Origin: Catajapyx aquilonaris
Lineage: Eukaryota
Assembly: GCA_000934665.2 (NCBI GenBank)
Contig: JYFJ02002930.1
Span: forward strand, 1-48,616
Length of the DNA: 48,616 nucleotides
Direction of reading: 5' to 3'
The notes under the pieces were generated by a model. The model was not told where the DNA came from. It searched no databases and saw only the letters and a program-made list of their open reading frames with translations. The translations under genes and the position numbers were made by a program. This document shows, piece by piece, positions 25,570 through 35,375 of this stretch (positions are counted from its first letter, which is position 1; every line of letters starts with the position of its first letter).

Positions 25570-26393
25570 GTCCTCATCCTAACGGTATTTTAAATGTGTT
25601 TTCAGTCGCCCAGCATACTGGTAACCGCCTTCTCCTCGCCCCCAGGGGCAGACATCCCCGCTGCCTCCAGCCCAGCCACCTCCATCAAGGTGACCGCTGC
25701 AGCCGTGGCGGTGGCCATTGACGCTGCCATGGCTGCCTCCACCTCTAAGGTGAAGTTGACATGTGAAGGGTGTTGCCAAAATGACACTTCTGGCACAAGT
25801 AAAACTGCTTTGTAAATGATTCATGAGCGTATGTCTGTGTATGATATGTATATACAGGGTGATACGAAAGTTGCGCACTTGCTCTCAGATCTAGATTCCT
25901 TGAAATATTATGCGCGAAAAATTCGTCAGGTTGAATTTGTTGGAGTTCGTAATCGGGGTAATAGACATTTCAAAGGGTTCACATCAGCACATGGAGTAGC
26001 CCTGTAAGCCACTCTAATAGGAGTGGCTTATTATTGTTAACCTGAAACACACTCACATCAACTTAGATAGCTTAGGATTGAGTTGACTTTTCTGACCAAC
26101 AAATTTTCTCCTTAGATCGAGATTGATTTTGAGCATACTAGTCACATCTCATAATAATGCGTTTGTAGGCTCAATCTGCATCTGCCTTTCCCTCCCAATC
26201 CACTGCTGCAGCCGCCCCCGCCCACCAGCGTAGTGGGCGTCTCCTCCTCACCTGTGAAGAGGCCCTCCGAGGTGAGTTTCTCATTGACGCGTATAGAGTG
26301 TTGGCACAATGGCACTGTCGCCTAAAGTAAAACGGCTCTGTGAATAATGTTGAAGTCTCGTTACACATGACAGGCAATTCCTCCATGAGGGAT
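25570..26393 (+). repeat. ~820-bp duplicated block with two exon-like modules (paralog ~35435-36254)
   Basis: Colinear copies. The first exon is 25606-25749 vs 35463-35606 (both 144 bp and open). The second is 26169-26271 vs 36023-36132, and each of those carries a frame-disrupting indel. Confidence 0.9.
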
Positions 26394-27530
26394 GGACCGA
26401 TATGACCATAGAGCAAGTTTTGATGAGAAACATGAAGACGGTGGGTGGACTCACACGTGGACGTGGATTGACGGATAACGTCATTGCTCGATGGGTTTGT
26501 GCCATGCCTTCATCTGCAAATGTAATAGACGCCACCGAAAAGTTTTGTGGAGTCTTCGCCGAATCCTCCGACCAACATGCGGAGCTAAGAGAGTCTCGTA
26601 AAGTGAGAGATAAGCCAGACGTGCGCAAGATGGGAGACTGGCTACAGTCACACCATCCTTTTAACAACTCAACGAACCTTCAAGTGTCCTTGTCTACCGG
26701 TGTAGTATAGCCGACAATACAGTTAACTGTGATGAGGCTCTCTCCCGTGGTTTGCAAGCAATGAAATCAATCACAGGTCAACGATTCAGTAACGTCCACT
26801 TAAAACGAAACGAACGATGCTTCGCCCTCAACATCACCCCAAGGAGCGTTTTTGGCAAATGTTAAAAACAAAGTGCGATTCATCGCTTTGCTATCAAGGC
26901 ACCTCATGGAAGCTGGAGTCAAGACCATTCAAGCCCCAGGTGACGCGGATACTGTCATAGTGAAGACTGCTGTGCAAGCTGCTGACAATGGTGCGGCGTC
27001 AGTGATAGTAGGCGAGGACAGCGATCTTCTCGTCCTGATGGCAGCTACATTCAGCCCGGGAACCAACGTCCAAATGCTGATGCCGGGAAGAAAGGATGCA
27101 TAAGTCCGGGTCTTCAGTAGTGAAGAGCTAATCGCGGCTCTTGGAGATCTGCGTAACTACCTCCTGTTTTTCCATGCAGCAACTGCATGTGATACCACTT
27201 CTGCTCCATTCAGAAAAGGCAAAAAGGGATCTTTCAAGAAGTTCAAGCGAGACGCTTGTTTAAGGGAAACAGTGTCGGTCTTCAACGTATCTAATGCTAC
27301 TCACCAGGCGAACGTTTTCTTCTTGCATTGTACGGATGTGAATATGAAGACAACTTAAACAGCGCCCGACATCGGCTCTACCGGAGGACAGTTGCAAAGC
27401 AGTCCGTCAAAACAACGTTTGATGTGGCTACATTTCCCTCTACATCTGCAGCTGCCGAACAAACATTCATACCGAGTTTGGATCAAGTTTGGATGGGGAA
27501 TCGCCTGCCGGAGGCAGAGTGGGGATTTCT
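26390..27530 (+). pseudogene. Remnant of an unclassified invertebrate DNA-transposon-like ORF
   Basis: Motifs DMTIEQVLMRNMKTVGGLTRGRG, HHPF..LSTGV, NK.RFI..L, APGDADTVIV, VGEDSDLLVL, CDTTSA.F.KGK, P.TSAAA and QVWMGN..EWG, broken by stops and frameshifts. Confidence 0.6.
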
Positions 27531-27878
27531 ACAAATTTTTAGCTTGCTATTTCAAATGTCCGGGTCAATGTCTAATTATACCGTACTAGGCTGTTTGCTC
27601 TCTGGCTAAAGTAACCTAACCTAACCAACCCACAGCAGCAGTCCGACCGAGGAGAGGATCACCATCTTCGGCCATCAGCAGCACGCCGGAGCACCTACCA
27701 GCCCCGGAACGACCCTCCAGGATTCGCCGCACCTCAGAGCAGCATAGAAGTCACCTCCACCGCACAGCCCTGGCAGCCTTGACCATGGCCGCCTAGAGAA
27801 GCAGCTTTCCGCCCCGGGGTACGTCAGCTTGAAGTAGCATAACCTAACCACGACGCTGACAGGAACACTCCCTCCGGA

Positions 27879-28730
27879 ATGGAAGCCATCCGCCACCTGA
27901 CCGCAGCCAGCTGGAAGAGCGCCCAAGAATTTATTCAGTGCAACACGACCCAAGGAGAGATGGAAACCGACATCCGCAGCATCCACCTGACCAGGCACGT
28001 GGCAGACAAGCATGCCCGTGTATTCGACGCAGACTACTCTTTCCCCGAAATCAAACCTGTCCTGTGGGATTATTTCCAAGTCCACGCTCAGTTCACTCCC
28101 AATCCTATCCAGGGGGACGCCCCCCATCCCTTTGACCCCAAAGGACCCATTCCCGGCCAAGTGCTTGCAATCTACAAACAAGAACTTCACCAGCGTTCCC
28201 ACCTGGACGACCTGGAGAGAAGTATCGCTGCCATGGACCCGTACCACAATGTAAACATGCCGGACAACCATTACGTCCCCAACATACGACAGATGCCTCC
28301 GGGGTATTTCAACGGTGGAGACGCAGCAATGAGGGTTTTTGGCATCGAACTGACCTCCTTCCACTACACCCACAAACGTTGGCTACTTCTGGACACCATT
28401 GCGCTGAAGCGGGAGAAGTGGGCACTACTCACAGAGGAGGAGAAGGCCAGCGCACAGCTGGAGATGGACCGATGGAAGACATACCGGGTACCGAGATACC
28501 TTCGCAGCCAAAAAACCTTCATGGAGCAGCCCAAATGCCGCTTCCCAAAAAAGTATGTCACGCTACAGATGGCAACCACCACCCGCCTACAGCCGTCAAC
28601 AGCCACCCTCCACCAGCAGCCATCCCGCCCGAATTCCTCTTCGCACCCCACATGGCCCAACCCCAGAGGGGGAGACAGGAATCGGAGAGGACAGCAACGC
28701 CGCCCGGGGGAGCAACAATACTCATCTTGA
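27879..28730 (+). CDS. Hypothetical 283-aa protein, no recognised family; basic, low-complexity C-terminus
   Basis: Longest ORF in the window, uninterrupted, with an ATGG start and a globular-looking first ~225 aa. Confidence 0.5.
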   Translation: MEAIRHLTAASWKSAQEFIQCNTTQGEMETDIRSIHLTRHVADKHARVFDADYSFPEIKPVLWDYFQVHAQFTPNPIQGDAPHPFDPKGPIPGQVLAIYKQELHQRSHLDDLERSIAAMDPYHNVNMPDNHYVPNIRQMPPGYFNGGDAAMRVFGIELTSFHYTHKRWLLLDTIALKREKWALLTEEEKASAQLEMDRWKTYRVPRYLRSQKTFMEQPKCRFPKKYVTLQMATTTRLQPSTATLHQQPSRPNSSSHPTWPNPRGGDRNRRGQQRRPGEQQYSS

Positions 28731-28907
28731 GGAGGACGCGGACCCGCCAACTACGGGACAGGCCAACCAGGTCCAGCACAGCATCACCGAGACCCACAAG
28801 GAGCAGGACGATCCATGCCTAACCAACTTCAAGCCGCCACGCAGCAGCACCCACCAGATACAGCGGCAACCAACCACTACAGCCATCGGGACCCCCGGAG
28901 ATCAGGA

Positions 28908-29181
28908 GGTTTGGTTTGGTTTGGTTTATTAGGAAGAAGCCAAAGCAACTGTGGCTATCTGGCTGTAGAAGAAGCAAAGGTGGGACAGATGGAGAGAGAA
29001 ACGAAGAGGAAAAAGAAGAGAGGAAAGACTGGCATCTCTCTTAGTCTGTCTCCTATCCCACAGACCTGTCCGGCTTGGGAGGCCCTACCAGTAGACGAAG
29101 CTACCGCCGGCATAGCTCTTGGGGTCACGGGAGAAACGCAAACCCCACCACCACGATAAGGTGGAGATACCATCGGGGGGG
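28908..29181 (-). mobile_element. Short non-autonomous retroposon: RTE-like 5' head plus (AAACC)n tail
   Basis: The minus strand begins CCACCTTATCGTGGTGGTGGGGTTTGCG..TGACCCCAAGAGCTATGCCGGCGG..GGTAGGGCCTCCCAAGCCGGACAGGTC, like the conserved RTE LINE 5' UTR. It ends ATAGCCACAGTTGCT..AATAAACC(AAACC)3. I did not see a clear TSD. Confidence 0.7.
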
Positions 29182-29862
29182 CTTGCGTTGCACGTATAAG
29201 CCCTCTGATTGGTCCGCCCCCGTATTGTTGCCGCCACCTAATCCTATTGGCCCCCGTCCATTGTTGCTGCGTCGTATCCAAGCCCCCGTCCCGCAACACC
29301 CTTCAGATGTGGGTACTGCGGGCAGGGTACGGCCCACTGACCAAAACCGGGATCTGGACCACAGCTTGGGACACCCCCACACACCGGAATCCAGTTCCAG
29401 TGCTGTCCAGCAGCGAGCTGCAGACCTGACCACCCGGTTCCTACGAGACACCTTAGCCTCCATGAGCCTACAGCGCGACGACCATCCCGTGGACCCAGCA
29501 TCCCACGCCACAGCTTGGTGGAACGCAGCACCCGCCTACTAACGCAGCCTCCTTTCCACGGGACACGCATCCCAAATCCCACGATATCCGCTCCTTCCTG
29601 ATACCAATACGGAAACAGGGCTCTGCCCCTGCTATCTCGGCAGCCAACACCACTCCCCTGCCATCCAGGATACACCCCGCACCTCCGGACACCGCCAGTC
29701 CAGCACACACCAGGAGCAGCCAGATCCTGAAAGCGGTCATACCAAGACCGACAGAAGTATCCCGGGAGATACAAGCAGCACCTCCGTCGAATCGGACCAA
29801 TGCAATCGGTCGTGCCAAAGAAGAGTGGCTTCACCGAATGAATAGTCCTGAAGGCAAACATT

Positions 29863-30228
29863 ATGGGCTTCGCACCACCCACTGCAACCGCCATTACACA
29901 AGCCCTGTCCCCGGTCTGGGAATCCATAGAGGAGCTTCTCCCTGCCGAGGACAGGACTGAAGCCAGACGTCATTTCTTCCTGACAGACCTGCCCACACCC
30001 CGCCCTCAGTATTCACCACTCCCTTCAAAAAGCTGGTTCTCATGGATTGGGAACCAGCCGGACATCTCCACCCTACCGACATCCCTCACTCCACTTGCCA
30101 ATCAATTTACCAAACTGCTGAACCTGCCCCCCCTCCCTGAACTCAAAACCATCCTGGACAGAAAACTGGCCACCCCCACCATCAAAGTCAGACCCCAAGT
30201 CCGCATTATTTACACAGTTTTGCCTTGA
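29863..30228 (+). CDS. Hypothetical 121-aa Pro/Leu-rich protein of the GC-rich island
   Basis: Intact ATG ORF followed about 80 bp later by AATAAA (30308). Confidence 0.35.
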   Translation: MGFAPPTATAITQALSPVWESIEELLPAEDRTEARRHFFLTDLPTPRPQYSPLPSKSWFSWIGNQPDISTLPTSLTPLANQFTKLLNLPPLPELKTILDRKLATPTIKVRPQVRIIYTVLP

Positions 30229-30799
30229 TCCCCCCGGGGGAGTGTTGCCCGGGTCGTGGTCATTGCCTAATCCGCCCCTCCCGCCCTCCTTCCCCCAAAT
30301 CACCCCAAATAAACACCTTTTCACATACACCAGACAACGCAACGCACCTCCCACTCCCGCCCGCCTCCCAAGACCGTGGGGCCATGGGGCCTTGATTACA
30401 AGTAACCTAACCTACCCTACCGAGCGGGTTCGATCTTCGATGCACTCTGCTCTGCCCCTGGGCCGGTGGCCCCCTTCGTCAAGCTGGGAATCCCATTAGG
30501 GAAGTTCCAGAAGCTAACCTTTTGGAATTGAGGAATGGGTATGGCTGGGCTTAATCCCAGACAGACTGAAAGTTAAACACACTATTCATTTCATTTGGAT
30601 TCAGGTCGTCTCCCGCCAAGATTGATTTAGTCATGTCATGCGTCCAAATCTTCCCACTTGTGACCAAGCTAGGTGACACATCTTTCAATTTTCCATGGCA
30701 AGATGTGGTGAAAGCCACAGAAGAGAGCTGGACCTGGGCATACATATGCTGCCCTAACAAATTACACTAACCAAGATCAAAAGAACAACAAAGAACGAC

Positions 30800-31085
30800 A
30801 TCAATGTCTCCAACAAAGAAGGCAGCGGTGCCATCGGTCCTGCAGGTGCCCCAGCCACGGCCAAGCACAAGTCGGCCTGGTGGAAGAAGACAAGGTGATG
30901 CGAGGGGGAGGAAGAAAGGCTGTGATGAGGACTGGACCTGCCGTGATTGCCAGAAGAAATACTCGTCAGACGTGAAAGACAAAAATTGAGCCAAGTGGAC
31001 CACGTGTTGCTATTGCTTGTTTCATTACCATGCTACATGCCAAGACACTAGCGACACTGAGGACATTTTCATGTGTACCGGCAGG
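30800..31085 (+). pseudogene. PHD-finger C-terminus typical of pogo/Tigger-type transposases
   Basis: DEDWTCRDCQKKY..*AKWTTCCYCLFHYHATCQ..DIFMCT gives a C-x2-C..W-x2-C-x2-C..H-x2-C pattern. Confidence 0.55.
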
Positions 31086-31399
31086 CTTGTGCTGGGAAGG
31101 AAAATTCCTACAATAGTAAATAAACTAACTGCTCTGAACTATGCTGCTCAATTTCATGGTATCACATAATTAAGGAGGTATTATCACATAGTTACATGGA
31201 CTATCACAGAATTAGGGAAGTTGTACGTACTTCACAAAAACTTATCCAGCATGGTTGTATAATGAGGGAGGCAAGTATATTTCTTAACAGTTTCTTTCAT
31301 GAATGTCACTGGTACGGAATACATTACTGCTGGTTGCTGTTTAGTTTATAATTTCATGTTCTGTCATCGGTGCCGTTCACTGTAAGACCTCCTTTCAAA

Positions 31400-32110
31400 A
31401 TACTTCTCTACATTAGATTTAACTCTGGTTATTGGCAGGTAAACATTTCTTCGGACGATCGTCCTAAAACAGCTTTCTCTACCCCTGTTGGAGGTCTCTG
31501 AGTTCAACGTGCTCCCTTTTGGGCTAGTTAACGCACAGTCTACTTTTCAACGACTCATGGAGCAGATCTTAGCAGGACTGACGTGGGAAAAATGCCTCAT
31601 CTATCTAGATGACTACTGGTCTTTTCATCAACTTTTTCGGAGCATCTTCAACGCCTTGAAGATGTGTTCCTTCGGTTGCAGACTGCAAACCTAAAGATGA
31701 AACCAGCTAAATGTCAATTCGCCTTATCCGAGATTAAGTATCTAGGTCATGTGGTGAGTCAGCAAGGTATTCATCCAGATCCTGGGAAGATAATAAGTGT
31801 CACCGCTTTCCCCCAACCCAAAACGGTAAAAGAGGTCCGAGCATTCATCGGCCTCGCCTCATATTATCGCCGTTTTGTGCCAAAGTTTTCCGAGGTCGCC
31901 AAACCTCTTCACGCTTTCACCAGTACGAAAGCCACGTACAAATGGGGAAAACAGGAACAACTTGCTTTTGACACGTTGAAGCAGAAACTAACTACAGCTC
32001 CAATCCTTGCATATCCCAGATTTACCGAGCCTTTTCGGATCTACACCGATGCCAGTGGTATCGGTATTGGGAACATCTTAGCCCAAATACAAGACGGCAA
32101 AGAAAGCAGC
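31400..32110 (+). pseudogene. Gypsy/Ty3 LTR-retrotransposon reverse transcriptase and start of RNase H (fragment)
   Basis: YFSTLDL..GYWQV..DRPKTAFSTP..FNVLPFGL.NA.STFQRLM..YLDD..KCQF..YLGHVV..F.GLASYYRRFV..TAPILAYP..YTDASG. Frameshifted, no LTR seen. Confidence 0.95.
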
Positions 32111-34293
32111 TTCTAATTGCAGGTTCTGGTGCATTATTATGCTTATTGCCACGAACAAATCATGCCATAAAATGACAGCAGTCAATGAAAACATTACTTC
32201 TATTTTCTTGCCCTGGCAGACATACTGGTGAAGATGATGAACCCCTACGGTTCGAACTAATATGCAATGCTTTTGGGATGCAAGGAAGTACTCTTGTGGC
32301 TCACAACAAGCCCGCGCGCGAAAAAAGCATCATTAAAACAACCCTCGCCCTGGGGCCGAGAGATGTCTCCTGCCTTCCCTTCTATCCGAGCTGTGAGAAA
32401 CGGTGCGATATCAAACACATTCATCCTACGTTGCATTGAGGACTATGACTTGAGGACCAAAAACCATAACCGACAATGACCCTTTCAAGTTCAGTTTCAT
32501 ACTTTATTGCATCAACAAACTAGTTCAAACTCAACAATGTTTCCAACGCTGTCAATAATCACTGTGTAACTTCTTACTCCAGCCATATTTGCTACATTTT
32601 GGAACCAGTAATTCAAAATAATACGAGGAGGAGCTGATTCCAAAGAAAAGATAGACGCATTGATTAAAGAAGATCCAGACGCACATTTATGTCCTCAATC
32701 AGCAAGGGGTTTCACACCCAAAATTACAACCTGGACAGAAGGCGAGCGTCCTAGCATAAAGAGTACAATACAAGGGTATAAAGGGTACAATACCCACCTC
32801 ATGTAATCCACATATTAGAACAAATAAATTCACAATGCGCCACAAAATTATCCAGATTGAAGGTACATATGAAAAAAGAGTAGACACCTTAATTACAGCA
32901 AACTGAACCGAGAGGAGGTGACATCTTACCCTTGAACCAGGGGATTGAAATATAAAATCAAAACTGATGAAAAACTTTCTGATGAAGCATGACGACTCCG
33001 CTGCAATCAGGACAGGTCCAACTTGGGCACCATCCAAAAGCAGGTGGCAACATCCGACTCCTTCTCTTCCACCAATGTGGTAGATGTGGCATGTAGCGAT
33101 GGTGTATATCACACCATAGAAGTTAGAGCAGTTAACTTGGTCAACATCTGACAAATTATTCCGATGTGAGTGCAGCATCTGATACTTTTGCTTTCTCTCA
33201 CAGAATATTTCATTGACTGCCTTAATACATTGCGTTAGAGGAAATCCAACATGATGGACAGAGTCCAGACACAGGGAATTAAACAGCCCTTCAGCGGACT
33301 TGCTCTTCAGATACAACGTAGCTCCTAAAAAAATTGGACCCACATTATGAAGTCATGAAGAGACACATTAGCTGCATGGCCGCAGTGACGAAGAATATCA
33401 TGGACCCCCAAATATGGCAACATGTATGAGATCCATACATACTGTATGTTGCAGAAGAATATTTAAAAATACACTACGCTTTGGAAAACACACCCATCAT
33501 TTGTCACGTTTCAAGTTTGCTCACAATGTAGCATACCTGGTAAATGTGTATCATGGGAGGGAAATGCATCAAGTTACGAAGAATGGTTCTGAAGTCATTC
33601 AAAATATTATTCCAAATGATTCTACAATACCATAGACATAACAGACCACCAAGACTCTTTACAACGCGTGAAGTTTGTCACACGAAAGTCGTAACAAAAC
33701 GTCATTTTGGAATTACACATCTCTTGATTGCATGCCAGAAATTTGGTTAATTCCACAATTGTTAAGGAATGAAACGGAATATTTGTACCAAGATTACCCG
33801 GTGGGGGCGACATTAAAAGGTTACATAGTGGTCAAAATTTAAACCGCATGGCTTTATGAGTAACGAAATTTAAAATGATTTCCCCCTGTAACCCTCGCAC
33901 ATGTCCGTCTCAAAGATTCAACCATTCTTATCACAAGAGATGAAAGTAAAATGCACACATGATACCAAAACAATATGGACCACGACTAAATAGAGGTGAA
34001 ATATTATTCATCAATTGGGAACTTTCTGGAACAATTGGAGCTTGTAGTAACCGCCAGACACATTTTCCGAGTTAGCGAAACGGCACAGTTACATGCAATA
34101 AAATATTACCGTCTGGTACATTCAGTTGCAGTAACATCGAAAACTGATCATTTTATCTTTCAAAAAGAGGCATTGACGGATGATCGAACTGAAGATTTAA
34201 TGTGCCTTATAGAGCCTTATAGGAACGTGGGGCAGGTTGTAATACTCTCAGTTCTCCTGTCCTTTCCACCACATTGTTCCCATAAAATCCAGC

Positions 34294-35375
34294 ACCGCAG
34301 AAAAAGGTAAGCCGTTTTCTGATGGGGAATTTGTGAAGGCTGTCATGGAAGAAGTGTGCCCTAATAATACAAATATGATCAATGATGTGAGCCTCTCTGC
34401 TCGTACTATCACCAGACGAGTGGAAGATTTCGGGGTCCATTTATTAGATAAGTTGCAATAAAGGGCCAAAATGTTCACATACCATTCAATTGCACTTGAT
34501 GAGAGCAACGATGTTAGGGACAGTGCTCAACTACTTTGTACGATGAATAGATGATAACTTTCAGATCACAGAAGAACTTGCAGGACATGCAAGTATGAAA
34601 GGAACAACTACAGGGGAAGACTTGTTTGTGTGACTCTGTCAAGCAAGCTTGGATTGACTTGGGACAAGCTGAAATGCATCACAACCGATGGTGCCCGAAA
34701 CATGACAGGAAAACGTTCTGGCGTGGCAGCGCGAATCAGCAGGGAAGAGGAAAAATTTAATGCCAATCTTCCCATCATGCACTTGCACTGTATAATTCGC
34801 CAGCAGGCATTATGCAGCAAAGTACTTCAAGTGCAATGGGAATCAATGATGAACGTGGGCGTTTCGAATGTCAACTTCATCCGACGACATGGGCTGAACC
34901 ATCGTCGGTGCCAACAGTTTCCTTCGGATATTTGGTCAGAATACGGTGATGTTGTGTACTACACTGAGGTTAGATGGCTAAGCAGAGGGAAGGTTCTCCA
35001 GCGATTTTTTGAGCTGGGTAGTGAGAGAGACGTATTTCTCACAGAAAAAGGAAAGCCTAAAGCGGAGCTGTCCGATCCTCAGTGGATTTTTGATTTAGCC
35101 TTCCTGTGCGACGTAACTGAACTATTGAATGGCTTAAATATGCGACTGTAGGGTAAGGGCAAACTTGTACCTGAAATGTACTCGGAGGTCGAGGCGTTTG
35201 AGGCAAAACTTGCTCTCCTAACAGAACATGTCAGTGAGGGAAACTATGCACATTTTCCATGATGCAAGCTGACTTTGAATGACTTCAACAATCAACATGT
35301 CATCCGATGCTGATAATGACAAAGTATGCTCAGGGATTGCAATTATAGCAATGCGAATTCCAAGGTTTAGGAATA
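34294..35375 (+). pseudogene. hAT transposase remnant, GTF2IRD2/SPIN-like, central part
   Basis: SIALDES.D..ITTDGARNMTG..HCIIRQQALC..VNFIR..LNHR..YYTEVRWLSRGKVLQRFF..DLAFLCD. It overlaps in sequence with 15736-16090 and 2267-2555. Confidence 0.92.

Larger units (their letters stand above)
27609..30531 (+). mobile_element. GC-rich orphan island (putative young mobile or viral-derived insertion)
   Basis: Abrupt switch to C-rich sequence. AAGTAACCTAACCTA occurs at 27609-27623 and 30400-30414. Long open frames, and AATAAA at 30308. Confidence 0.5.

Noticed and set aside
27612..27626. True telomere or interstitial telomeric array
   Set aside because: Only 2-3 TAACC units per site, so I report them only as boundary motifs of the island.
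27675..29927. Long minus-strand ORFs (232, 227, 128 aa) in the GC-rich island
   Set aside because: Most likely antisense shadows of stop-poor, C-rich plus-strand sequence; Gly/Val/Arg-biased with no motifs.
31400..32110. Intact LTR retrotransposon
   Set aside because: Only ~700 bp of frameshifted RT/RNase H; no gag, integrase, LTRs or PBS nearby.
32699..33343. 214-aa minus-strand ORF as a counter-oriented gene
   Set aside because: Non-ATG start and no recognisable motif. I cannot determine the coding strand of this segment.
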